A DNA stretch of 64,000 nucleotides from Mobula hypostoma (Eukaryota): assembly GCF_963921235.1 (NCBI RefSeq), contig NC_086097.1, forward strand, positions 178,438,001 through 178,502,000, read 5' to 3'. Positions within the stretch are counted from its first letter, which is position 1; each line of letters begins with the position of its first letter. Shown here in pieces: positions 49,995-61,769 of this stretch. Made by a program: the position numbers and the translations under genes. Below the pieces are notes generated by a model, which was not told the origin of the DNA, did not search any database, and worked only from the letters and a program-made list of their open reading frames with translations.

Positions 49995-50105
49995 CGTGCA
50001 GTCTGGAGCAAGCACAATCTGCTGGGGGATCTTAAAGGGTCAAGCAACATCCTAGGAGTGGGAGGGGCTGTCAATGTTTCAGGTCAAAACTTTGCATCAG
50101 GACTG
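49995..50105 (-). mobile_element. PLE terminal-repeat fragment with decayed hammerhead
   Basis: Reverse complement reads cagtc-ctgatgc-aaagttttgacct-gaaac-att-gacag. Confidence 0.6.
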
Positions 50106-50214
50106 GGCTGAAATGGATCCTCCTAGGACCAGAGCTCGTGCAAGCCTACCCACAGTCTCTTCCACTGCAGCTGAGAACCGACAACTAGCACGGCATAGGA
50201 TCATCGGGATCAAA

Positions 50215-51020
50215 GCCAAAATCAAAATTAAAGTTGAGTTTATTCTCATTTGCACAAATGCACTTGTGCACAGGTGCAATGAAAAATTTACTTGCAGCAG
50301 CATCAAGAGCATATAACAGTTTTTAAGCAGCATTGACATTAGAACAATATATATCTATTTTAGTGCAAAGTGATCAAAGTAGTTATAGTGTTGCTAAGCT
50401 GTAGTGATTAGGGTTGTGCTGGTTGGTTTCAAGAACCAAATGGTTGAAGGGAAAGTGATCGTCCTTGAACCTGGTCATGTGGAACTTCAGGCTTCCTGTC
50501 CGACGGTAGCTGCAAGAAAAAGGCATGGCCCGCACGGAGGGTGGAGATCTTTAACAACAGATGTTGCCTCTGTGTGGGAGCTTTTCCTGCAGATACTACT
50601 GATGGTGTGAAATGTGCTTGTGATATATTGGTCTGAATTCACTACTCTCTGCAACGTTCCTGCGCATTTGAATTGCCTTACCAGACCATGATGCAAGCAG
50701 TCTGGATACTTACAACAGTACATCTGTAGAAAGTTTGTTCTAGTGTAGGTGACAAGCCAAACCTCCAGAACCTCCTAAGAAAGTAAAGACACTGGTGCTC
50801 CATCCTTGTAATTGCAACCACTTGCTGGGCCCAGGAGAGGTCAACTAATGCGTTAATGCCCAAGAATTTTAAGCCTCTGACTTTCTCCACCACCGATCCC
50901 CCAAAGCATGTTTGTCCTTCCACTTCCTGAAGTCATTAATCAGCTCCTCAGTTTTACTGATGCTGCATAAGAGGTTATGTTTGAGGCACCATTCACCACA
51001 TGTCCCACCTTGCTCTGGTA
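50215..51020 (-). mobile_element. Rex1/Babar 3' fragment
   Basis: VEKVRGLKFLGINALVDLSWAQQ...FYRCTVVSIQTACIMVW. Confidence 0.8.
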
Positions 51021-51714
51021 AGGCAAAACGAATGAAAGATTGGCAGTGAGGAAAGGTACCAGGGTGATCGTTAGATCACCAGCCACAATTTCAACAATGA
51101 GTTTGGTTCGGGTGGTTTCTATTATGGCAGTTCTGGCTTTTGCACTGTGCAGAGAAAGCTGTGTGATGTTGGATGACAGATGTAACAGCAATCTCAGGAT
51201 GAAAAGATCAGAGCACTGGCAGCAAACCAAGAATTGACATGCGTGATTCACTGCTGGTGGTCACAAGACCTCCTGCAGACAACATTCCACACCCTTGTTG
51301 TCTCTAGCAGCTCCGCCCTCCATACCTCCTCCTCTGTGACACCACCCCGCCTCACCTCAACCCCCTGTCCCTCAGGAGGAGAGCCCACTGTGTCTGAGGG
51401 CACTTAGATTCATGCAGGAACCTTGAAGGCGACTCACAGTCCTTCAGCACCTGCCAAACCAGTCCCCATGGACTGCCGCAACGTGAGACCACTATGAAAA
51501 GGACCAAACACTTGTAGAATCATAGCAACAGCCAGCAAAAATCAATCAGCAGCTAAACAGCCAGTAATTGAAGATGCCTTTAAATAGCACTGGGTGATTG
51601 GAGATGGGGGAGGGCTTCCTTCCTACACCGAATGTCTGCTTAGCTGTGCAAGGTTAAGTGGGGGGGGTGGGGGGGGTGGGGGGATGTTAGATGGAACATG
51701 CAGATCCAATTTAA

Positions 51715-52005
51715 AGAACTAAAGGATTAGCTTTATTTGTCATATACACATTGAAACATTGAAACATTCAGTGAAATGTCAATAACCAACAGAGTCCAAA
51801 GATGTGCTGGGAGGGGCAGCCCACAAGGTTCGCCGTGCTTCCAGCGCCAACAAAGCATGCCAAAAACTTAGTAACACTAACCCACGTGTCTTCAGAATGT
51901 AGAAGGACAGACCACCCGGAAGAAACCAATGCAGCCACAGTGAGAACAGGCAAACTTCTTACAGTTGACAAAGGGAATTGACGTTGTAAAGCATTATGCT
52001 AACTG
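51715..52005 (-). mobile_element. V-domain SINE with Rex1-like tail
   Basis: gattagctttatttgtcatatacaca tail; decayed V core at 51890-51960. Confidence 0.7.
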
Positions 52006-54904
52006 TTACTTTACAAGTCTCCCAGAATATGATACTGACTAACATTATGTTTTGTAACTTCAGAAATGAATCAAAAGGAGAACATAGGAACCCAGGAACT
52101 TGCATGCCCTTGGTGTCTCTTTTAGTGCGGCGTTCACATAGGACGTAGTGTTGTAATAGCGCATGTCATTCACGTACTTCTTTAATGAGTTATGTAAACA
52201 AAGAAAGAATGCTTAATCAAACAATGTCTTTACAATATCACTCAAATATTAAATATACTGGTCTCCTCCCTGTTTAACTATCAACTGCAACTCAATATAG
52301 AATGCATCTCAACTCAGATATGCAATGTACTGCTCTCTGCTTATCTTGCACACTATACTGTATAATACAACTACTATATAGACTTCCACAGCATGGTAAA
52401 TGTTAAATTGTTCCATCAGGCCTGAGGGTTTAATCACTGTGGAGGATTTCTTACTCTTGTGGGATAATATATTTCCTGACAAGGGGGGTCACACTGCTTG
52501 ACAGGTGAGATTTGTGGCTGTGAAACGATCTCAGATTCTGGGACCTCATCTTTGGTGGTGGTTGTAGGAATTGACTCTGAGACTGCAGGAAGTGGTTCTA
52601 ACAGCTCTAGACACCTTTCTTCTGGACGTGTTGGCATCTCGAACAATGCACGGCAAGCTTCTCGATAAGCTGATCTATCCCAGGTCACCAGACAAATCTT
52701 TGAGCCAGAGCTTTCGTTTTGACCATACTTAGATGACCAGCATGTAGCTCCTCCAACATTTTAGCTCTCAGCTTGGATGGTACAACAACCCTCAACCCCA
52801 CATAAGGCAACCCCCCCATCAAGGGCAAGTTTGTCCTGGTGCCGGTAAAAATGGGGGTGTTGGAGTTTCTGCAGCAAATTGCATCCCTTTTTGGTAGCCA
52901 CGTAGACCTAAGGCAGGGTGGGGTCTTTTCTGGTTTCCCTTTGCCACAATAGGGAGACTTTCGATTGCATTAGGGAGAATACATCAAGAGGAGTGTCCTC
53001 TTTTGTAAAATTTTCAGTTATTTCCTTTTCCAAAAGTAAACAGGACAATCCATCAGGATTTCCATAATTAGTTGTCCTCTTGAATTTGATCTTGTAATTG
53101 TGTACTCCAAGAAACAGAGCCCATCTCCACATTCATGCTGCTGCTGTTAGTGGAACGTCCTTTGGACACCAGTGGTTGATGACCAGTAATGAAGATCAAC
53201 TTTCTCTCATACAAGTACTGATTTAAAAAGTTTATATCCCAAACTAAACTCAAAGCCTCTCTATCTATCTGTGCATAATTTTTGTCTGCAGTGGTAAGGG
53301 AATGTGATGCAAAGGCTCTGGAACGATCACTTCCATCACTCATAACATGTGACATGACTGCACATATACCATAAGGCAAGGCATCACAGTCAGGTTTCAC
53401 TGGATGATGTGGATAACCATGTCCGAGTACAATGTCTGATGGCCCATTTCCTTTGCCTTTTAGAAAGCCACCTCACACAGCTTTGTCTGTTACCATTTCT
53501 TCCTGATCTGTAGTGATGAGTTCATGGGATGGAGCACAGTAGCCAGGTTTGGCAAGAGCCTTTAATAGTAATTGACAAATCCGAAAAAGAAGTGTAACTG
53601 TGACGCATCCTTTGGCCTTGGGGTATCCACCACTGTTTGAATTTTCTCAGCACTCTTGTGTAAATCTTGCGCATCAATTGTGTGACCGCAGTAAGTAATG
53701 CTTAGTTTAAAGAATTCACATTTGTCTCGTTGTGCTCTGAGCCCATAATCTCTTAATCTTTTTAACAAGGTTTTGAGATTTTCCTTGTTATCCTCACTAT
53801 TAACAATGGTGTCATCCAGGTAACGCAGAGTGCCTGGGCAACCTTGCAGCACCTGGTTCATAGCTTTCTGCCAAAGTGCAGATGCAGACGGTACTCCAAA
53901 AATAAGCCTATTAAAGTGAAAAAAGCCCTTTGTGAGTGTTTATGTTGAGAAACACTTTGGACTCTTCTTCCATCTCTATCTGCAAGTAGGCCTCAACTAA
54001 GTTCACTTTGCTGAAGTGCTTTCCTCCAGAAAACTTTGCAAAGATATCCTCCATCCTGGGCAGAGGGTATTGATCTACTTTCAGTACTGGGATGATGATG
54101 ACCTTAAAATCACCACAGATCCTGACAGACTCATTCTTCTAGGCTACTGGGACTACTGACATTACCCATGAGCTCCACTCAGCCTTGGAATGAATTCCTT
54201 CAGCCTCCATGCTATCTAGCTCACTGGCTACTTTATCACAGGTGGTATAAAAAACTGGATGGGCTTTGCAAAACTTGAGTGTGGTATTTTCATTTAACAT
54301 TATTTTACCCTTGATAGGTCTGAGTTTTCCAATGCCATCCTTGAACACTGATATGGCATCATCCAGTACCTTTCTTAATTCATTTTCAGTTGATACTATT
54401 ACAGGGGATATGGCATGTAAATGGTGGTTGGATCTCCAGTCAAGTTGTAGTTGTCTCAGTCAATCACAGCCACATAATGCTGGCCCTCTGTTTTTACCAC
54501 ATGCCAGCCCAATGTGGCTTTTTGGTTGTACTTTACTGTTATGACTATCATTACCACAGCAGTTATGTTTCCTCCAGCATTTTGGAGTTGGACTGCACCC
54601 AATTAGTGAGCTGGATCATGAGAAGAAGTGACGATTTCACTTAGGTCCGTGGCTGTAAGATAAGAAACGCAGCATTTCGCGGCAGATTTCGGAACCAAAA
54701 AGGGAAATGTATGATAGCCATGGGGGATTTCAATATGCAAGTAGATTGGGAAAATTTGATAGGTGCTGGATACCAAGAAGGGGAATTTGTAGAATGCCTA
54801 TGAGATGGCTTTTTAGAGCAGCTTGTGTTTGAACCCACTAAGGGATGATCTATTGTGGATTGGGTGTTGTGCAATGAAATGGAGTTGATTAGAGAACTTA
54901 AGGT

Positions 54905-55830
54905 AAGACCATAAGACCATAAGATATAGGAGCAGAAGTAGGCCATTCAGCCCATTGTGTCCGCTCCACCATTCAATCATGGGCTGATCCAATTCTTCCA
55001 GTCATCTCCACTCCCCTGCCTTCACCCCATACCCTTTGATGCCCTGGCTAATCAAGAACCTATCTATCTCTGACTTAGGTACACCCAATGACGGCCTCCA
55101 CAGCTACTTGTGGCAACAAATTCCACAGATTTCTCACCCTCTGACAAAAGTAATTTCTCCACATCTCTGTTCTAAATGGATGTCCTCAATCCTGAAATTG
55201 TGCCTCTTGTCCTAGATTCCCCTACCATGGGAAATAACTTTGCCGTATCTAAACTGTTCAGGCCTATTAACATTTGGAATGTTTCTATCCGATCCCCCCC
55301 ACCTTCATTTCCCTGAACTCCAGAGAATACAGCCCAAGAGCTGCCAGATGTTCCTCATACAGTAACCTTTTCATTCCTGGAACCATTCTCATGAATTTTC
55401 TCTGAACTCTTTCCACTGTCAGTATACCCTTTCTAAAATAAGGAGCCCAAAATTGCACACAATACTCCATGTGGTCTCACAAGTGCCTTATAGAGCCTCA
55501 ACATCACTTCCCTGCCCTTTTTTTCTATACCTCTAGAAATGAATGCCAACATTGCATTTGCCTTCTTCACCACCAACTCAACCTGGAGGTTAACCTTTAG
55601 GGTATCCTGCACAAGGACTCCCAAGTCCCTTTGCATCTCTGCATTTTGAGTTCTTTCCCCATCTAAATAATAGTCTGCCCTTTTTCCCCTTCCACCAAAG
55701 TGCATGACCATACACTTTCCAACATTATATTTCACTTGCCATTTCTTTGCCCATTCCCCTAAACTATCTAAGACTCTCTGCAGGCTCTCTGTTTCCTCAA
55801 CACTACCCACTCCTCCATCTATCTTTGTAG
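54905..55830 (-). mobile_element. CR1 LINE 3' part nested inside the previous CR1
   Basis: (agaccata)n tail; WAKKWQVKYNVGKC; EYCVQFWAPY. Confidence 0.9.
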
Positions 55831-57370
55831 ATGAAGGAAACCTTAGGGACAGTGATCATAATATGATAGAATTCACCCAGCAATTTGAGAAGGAGAACCT
55901 AAAGTCAGATGTATCAGTATTACAGTGGAGTAAAGGGAATTACAGAGGTATGGGAGAGGAGATGACCAAAATTGATTCTAAGGAAACATTAGCAGGGATG
56001 ACAGCAGAGCAGCAATGTTTGGAGTTTTTGGTAGAAATTCAGAAGGATCAAGATAGATACATTTCAAAGAAGAAGAATTCTAAATAGTGGATAATGCAAC
56101 TATGGCTGACAAGAGAAGACAAAGCCAACATAAAAGCCAAAAAGAAGACATATAATAAAGCAAAAATTAATGGGAAGTGAGAGGATTGGAAAGCTTTTCA
56201 AAACCAACAGAATGCAACAAAAAATGTCATGAAGAAGGAAAAGATGGAATGCAAAGGTAAGCTAACCAATAATATTAAAGAGGATTCCAAAAGTTTCTTC
56301 AGATACAAAAGTGTTAAAGAGAAGAGAGTAGGTATCAGATCACGGGAAAATTATGCTGAAGAGCTGGTATTGGGGACAAGGAAATGGTGAACAAACTAAA
56401 TAGTATTTTGCATTTGTCTTCACTGTAGAAGGCACTAACAGTATGCCAGAAGTTCAAGAGTATCAGGAGGCAGAAATGAGTGAAGTTGCCATTACTAGGG
56501 AGAAGATGCTTGAGAAACGGAAAGGTCTGAAGATCACCTGGACCAGATGCTCTGCACCCCAGGATTTTGAAAGAGGTGGCTGAAGAGATTGTGCTGGCAA
56601 AAGTAATGCTCTTTCAGGAATCAATGGATTCTGGCTTGGTTCTGGAAGTCTGGGAAATTGCAAATGTCACTCAGCTCTTCAGGAAGGGAGAGGGCAGAAA
56701 AGAGGAAATATTAGTCTAGTCTCAGTGGTTGGGAAGATGTTGGAGTTGATTGTTAAGGATGTGGTTTCAGGTTACTTAGAGGCACATGATGAAATAGGCC
56801 AAAGTCAGCATGGTGCCTTTATGGGAAATCTTACCTGACAAATCTGTTGGAATTTTTAAAGAAATGATAAGCAGGATATAGGAGAACTGGTGGAATTAGT
56901 TGTATTTAGACTTTTTGACGAAGTGGCTGCTTACCAAGTTAAGAGCCTGTGGTATCACAGGAAAGATTCCAGCATGGATAAAGCAGTGGCTGATTGACAG
57001 GAGGCAAAGAGTGGGAACAAAGGGAGCCTTTTCTAGTACGCTGCCGATGACTAGTGGTGTTCGATAGGGGTCTGTGTTGAGGCCGCTTCTTTTTACGTTA
57101 TATGCCAATGATTTGGATGATGGAATTGATGGCTTTGTGGCCAAGTCTGCAAATGACACAAAGATAGGTGGAGGGACAGGTAGTGTTGAGAAAGCAGAGA
57201 GGTCATAGAAGGACATAGACAGATCAGGGGAATGGGCAAAGAAGAGGCAGGCAGAATACAGTGTCAGGAAGTGTATGGATATGCACTTTGGTAGAAGAAA
57301 TAAAAGGGTAGATTATTTTCTAAATGGAGAGAAAATTCAAAAATCTGAGGTGCAAAAAGATTTGGGAGTC

Positions 57371-57591
57371 AAATAAACTGTTCTTGTGTTTCAAGCTGGG
57401 TACAGTTATCGATTATAACTGATGTTTCAATGACAAACTCTGCCATCTTCTTCAGGGATGATGCCTGGGCATGTCTGAAAATGGCAGAGTTTGTCATCGA
57501 AACATTGGTTATAATCAATACCTGTAACCGGCTGGAAGCCCAGGGAGAGTTTATTCAGCATATACACCAGGAAAGAACTAGATCCTTTTTG
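57371..57591. mobile_element. Palindromic PLE-like mini-element with two inverted hammerhead-like motifs (second family)
   Basis: Arms about 57372-57455 and 57475-57555 are inverted copies. Degenerate TSD gatttgggagtc / aacttgggaatc in the host CR1. Confidence 0.75.
57418..57458 (-). ncRNA. Hammerhead ribozyme-like motif, family 2
   Basis: Reverse complement: cc-CTGAAGA-A-GATGGCA-gagtt-TGTCATT-GAAA-C-ATC. Core, 7 bp stem II and NUH triplet are present; stem I is weak. Confidence 0.6.
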
Positions 57592-58450
57592 AACTTGGGA
57601 ATCCTTGTGCTGGATTCCCTAAAGGATAATTTGCAGTCTGAGTCGGTGATGAGGAAGGCAAATGTGATGTTAGCATTCATTTCGAGAGGACTAGAATATG
57701 AAAGCAAGGATGTAATGTTGAGGCTTTATAAGGCACTGGTGAGGCCTCACTTGGAATATTGTGAACAGCTTTGGGCCCCTTATCTTAGAGAGGATGTGCT
57801 GACATTGGAGAGGGTTCAAAGGAGTTTCACAAAAATGATTCTGGGATTGAAAGGCTTATCATATGAGAAGCATTTGATGGCCCTGTGCCTATACTCATCG
57901 GAATTCAGAAGAATGAGGGGGGATCTTATTGAAACTGATCGAATGTTGAAAGGTCTCAATAGAGTGGATGTGGAGAGTATGTTTCCTAAGGTGGGGAACC
58001 TAAGGTCAGAGGACACAGCCTCAAAATAAAGGGATATTCTTTTAGAACAGAGTTCAGGATGAATTTCTTTAGCCATAGAATGGTGAATCTTCAGAAATCA
58101 CTGTCATGGTCGACTATGGAGGTCAAGTCATTGGGAATATTTAAAGCTGAGGTTGATAGATTCTTGATTAGTCAGGGAATGAGGGGATATGGGGAGAAGG
58201 CAGGAGATTGGGCTGAGAGGGAAATGGATCGGCCATGATGAAATGGCGGACAGGTATGATGGGCCGAATGGCCTAATTCTGCCCTTATATGTTATAAATT
58301 CTTAGTTCGATTTCTGCAGGCTTCAGTTCAGTATCTTTGAAATGCCATTCAATCTCAGTTTGTAAAATGACTGAAACAGGTGAGCCAGTGTCCAATTCCA
58401 TCTTAGTTCATTTGCCATTCATTTCTGGTGTAGGCCATTCTGCTTGTCTA

Positions 58451-58555
58451 TCAGGATGTTCCTGATGAAGGATCTCGGCCCATAACATCACCTGTTTACT
58501 CTTTTCCATAGATGCTGCCTGACCTGCTTTGTTCCTCCAGCATTTTGTGTTATGT
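58451..58555 (+). mobile_element. Short PLE hammerhead-containing insertion with 10 bp TSD
   Basis: TSD tgcttgtcta / tgtttgtcta. Small inversion tcagga-tgt-tcctga. Motif cctgatgaaggatctcggcccataacatc. Confidence 0.75.
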
Positions 58556-59539
58556 TGTTTGTCTACTCTTACTTTTCAAATGGTAAAACTCGGGGCTACA
58601 TAGTCCTGTGTCATTCACATCGTTATCAAATTTTTCATCAACAGCATGCAGATTAGTGCTCTTTTTTAAACTGCAACTTGACTTTTTAGCTTTTCCCTTC
58701 CCTGAGCAATCTATTTATTTTTTTCTGCCTGACCTGCTCTTTGCATGTGTCCTTCTTTGTTGCATTGCCTGCAAGTTTTGCCTTTAAACCTGCATTGGTC
58801 TGTTGCATGTGAGCCATTGCCACAACAGTAACACAATTTGTTTAGTCAGGCTGGTTTCTGCTTAGACGTTGCAATTTTGTTTTCACTCACTTTCATTCCT
58901 GACATCAACTCAATTGCATCTCTGGGTGCTGTTTCCATCAATACAGCAATTTCAACTGTTCTTTTAAATGTGAGTTGTGCTTCAGTTAGGAGCTATTTTT
59001 GAATCCTTTCTTGTAAGATTCCACAACTAAACAGTCTTTCTCAGTGCATCATTAAGAAGATCACTAAACTGACAATGTTCAACCAGTTCCTTCAGTTCAG
59101 CCACTTAAGCTGAAATAGATTCCCCTTCTTGTTGATTCCGCTTATGAAACCTAAAGTGTTCTGCAATCAACAATGGTTTTGGTTCTAAATGTTCCTGCAT
59201 TGCTTTAATGACATCAGCAAAGCTCATATTGGCTGGTTTGGTTGGAGCAGTCAAACTTCTAAGTAAACTGTATGCCTTTCCACCTATTGCATTCAGCAAA
59301 ACTGGCACTCCGCCTTCATTGGCTATTTCCTTTGATTCAAAATACTGTTCAATTCAGTCAGTATACATCATCCAGTCATCATTGTGCAATCGAACCCGCC
59401 CATCTTTCCAATGTAGCCATCCAATTCTGCATCTTTTTACTTATTACTATCATCACCTTTTATGAACCCATAGATTTCATCAGTTTTCTGCCTTTTTTTT
59501 TAACTCGGCCATCTTTCTCCTCTTTCAAAGAAACGTGTT

Positions 59540-60157
59540 AGATTAGATTATGAGGACACACAGTCCTCTTTTATTGTCATTTAGCAATGCATGCATTAAG
59601 AAATGATACAATATTCCTCCGGTGTGATGTCACAGAAACACAGGACAGAGCAAGACTGAAAAACTAACAAAAACCACATAATTATAACATATAGATACAA
59701 CAGTGCAAACAATACCATAACTTGGTGAAGAACAGGCCATGGGCACAGTAAAAAAAGTTCAAAGTCTCTCGAAAGTCCCACATCTCACGCAGACTGGAGA
59801 AGGAAGAAAACTCTCCCTGCCATGCCCGACCACAGTCCGACTCTGAGTCGTCTGAAAACTTTGAGCCTCTGGACACCGACTACCAAGCACCATCTCTGCC
59901 AAACACTTTGACCCCAGCCCCAGTCGTCAGCAGCAGGCAAAATCAGGGATTTTGGGGCCTTTCCTCCGAGATTCTCGATCACACAGTAGCAGCGGCAGCG
60001 AACCAGGCATTTCAGAAGTTTCTCCAGATGTTCCTCTGTGCTCTCACGGCTGTCTCCATCAAATCAGAATTGTGCACGGCATCCTACTTACAAATACGAT
60101 ATCATTTCACCGGAGAGCTGCGCGCGCTGCGTCGTACCGCCATCTTCTCCTCCCGCC
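59540..60157 (-). mobile_element. Non-autonomous non-coding retroposon (YY1-like 5' end, (TAATC)n tail)
   Basis: Reverse complement begins ggcgggaggagAAGATGGCGg and ends gacaataaaagagg...cataatctaatct. Short gtgtt duplication on both sides. Sits in the Gypsy leader. Confidence 0.65.
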
Positions 60158-60254
60158 GTGTGTTGGCTTTTTTAAACAAAGGTCTCTCTCCCCTTGTGAA
60201 GAAAAAAATGTGCTGTGCTTCAACAGGTGGGTAGTCGCCTCTGGTTCATTTTAA

Positions 60255-60270
60255 AACTTCCTCGTCACCA
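60255..60270 (-). promoter_or_regulatory. Primer binding site, tRNA-Ser(GCU)-like
   Basis: Reverse complement TGGTGACGAGGA, 1 nt inside the 5' LTR. Close to the complement of the vertebrate tRNA-Ser(GCU) 3' end (TGGCGACGAGGA), with one CpG-type change. Confidence 0.65.
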
Positions 60271-60779
60271 CTGTTTACTTTTTGTAACTTCAGAAACTAA
60301 TCAAAAGAAAAGCACAGGAGCCCAGGAACATGTGTACTCTTAGATTCTTTTTTTAGTGAAGCACTCACCTATGACATATTTGTGTAATGGTGTATGCCTT
60401 TCACATACTTCTTACATATAACCATAATGAATGCTTCATCAAACAATATATTTACAATATTACTGAAATATTAATTACACAACAACTAATACCACATTTT
60501 ACCGATACTGCACTCCTACTGCAGAGATGTTCCACACATGCATTAATGCTGTCATTGTGTGGCTTTGAAACTTGCTCCATCCATGCGCAAGCATTGTACC
60601 CTATAATGGATCTCCACAACACCCATTTTCACTTGCCTGTCCTCCATCCTGGGTCACAGCAAATGCCCAGCTGTGAGGGCAGCTTCCTTCCCTCCATTTG
60701 CTGACTTGCGCTACATAGCACGAGAAATAGCAGCAGGAGTTAGACCATTCGGCCCCACTAGACTGATATGCTGTTCAAT

Positions 60780-61335
60780 AGAAAAGTCATTGGTGAGACC
60801 ACACCTATAGTGCTGTGCAGAGTTCTGGTTACCCTGTTACAAGAAAGACATCCATAAACAAGAAAGAGTGCAGAGAGGATCCATGAGAATGCTACCAGGA
60901 CTCAAGGGCCTGAGTTAGAGGGGGAGGTTGTACAGTCTAGGACTGTACTCCTCATGATTTTATACATCTCTATAAGGTGGTCTTATAAAGTCATGAGGGA
61001 CATGGATAAGATGAATGCACTCAGTCTTTGTCCCATGGGTGGGAATTCAAGAACTAGAGGACATGGGATTCAGATGAGACGGTAAGGATTTAAAAGGGAA
61101 CTGCAGGGCAACTTCTTCACCCAGAGGAAAGAGCTGCCAGAGGACATGATTGAGGCAGGTTAGATAACAATATTAGAAGATATTTCGGTGAGGTACATGG
61201 ATATGAAAGGCTTAGAGGGATATGGGCCAGATGCAGGAAAATGGAACAAGCCCTAGTGGGCACAATTGCTGGCATGGATGAGTAGGATTGAAGAGCCTTT
61301 TCTCATGTGGTACCCCTATAACCCTATGACTCTGT
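60780..61335 (+). mobile_element. CR1 LINE 3' fragment
   Basis: LVRPHL*CCAEFWLPCYKKD...ERVQRGSMRMLPGL. Confidence 0.75.
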
Positions 61336-61539
61336 AAAAATCATGATGGATCTTTTACCTTAGTATCATCTTCCTGCACAAACTCTGATCTTTTACCATG
61401 CACAAATCCATTGATCATTGCACTGAGCATACTTAGCAACTGAACCTCTACAGCTCTCTTTAGTACAAAATTTCAGATTCATCAGCCTGCATGTGGGAAC
61501 ATTCTTTCTCATCTCTTACCTGAATAGATGATTACTCAA

Positions 61540-61755
61540 GGGCAGCTGCTATCCCAGTATTATTGAACTCTTGAACGGACTTCTTGCATGATAAGATGGC
61601 CTCTTGGCTTCACAATCTACCTTGTTTTGATCTCGCACTTTTCTTTTACCCGCACTCCACTCTTTCAGTAGCTTTTACGCTTTGTTCTGCAATGCTATTG
61701 TTTTCCCTTACTGTAGTTCAATGTAATGTGTAATGAATTGATCTGTATGAACAGT
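61540..61755 (+). mobile_element. Rex1/Babar 3' UTR fragment
   Basis: Homologous to 35860-36060. Confidence 0.6.
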
Positions 61756-61769
61756 ACTGAGGGCAGGTG

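Larger units (their letters stand above)
54700..58290 (+). mobile_element. CR1 LINE ORF2 remnant nested in the Gypsy protease-RT region
   Basis: MGDFN, DSDHNMIEF, RT remnants, RPHLEYCEQLWAPY, and the gggccgaatggcctaattctg 3' UTR. The insertion may start near 54595. Confidence 0.85.
52043..60484 (-). mobile_element. Gypsy (Mag-like) LTR retrotransposon, old, with several nested insertions
   Basis: LTRs about 52043-52260 and 60272-60484; 5 bp TSD actaa at 52038-42 and 60485-89; primer binding site (PBS) and PPT. Gag LLNAIGGKAYSLL...RFHKRNQQEGES with two CCHC-type knuckles; protease ELDTGS; RT RICGDFK and YLDD; RNase H CDALPYG; integrase HHCC only. Confidence 0.92.

Noticed and set aside
49356..50015. 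219 aa minus-strand ORF
   Set aside because: Lies in a non-coding repeat with a CA run and has no recognisable domain.
51657..51684. G-run as a functional G-quadruplex
   Set aside because: Simple G homopolymer runs with no supporting context.
57430..58029. 199 aa ORF as a novel fusion protein
   Set aside because: Chance read-through from the palindromic insert into the CR1 RT C-terminus.
39343..60484. The two Gypsy remnants as a complementing pair (one keeps integrase, the other gag-RT)
   Set aside because: Their LTRs and TSDs are unrelated and both are full of stops; independent deletions explain the pattern.
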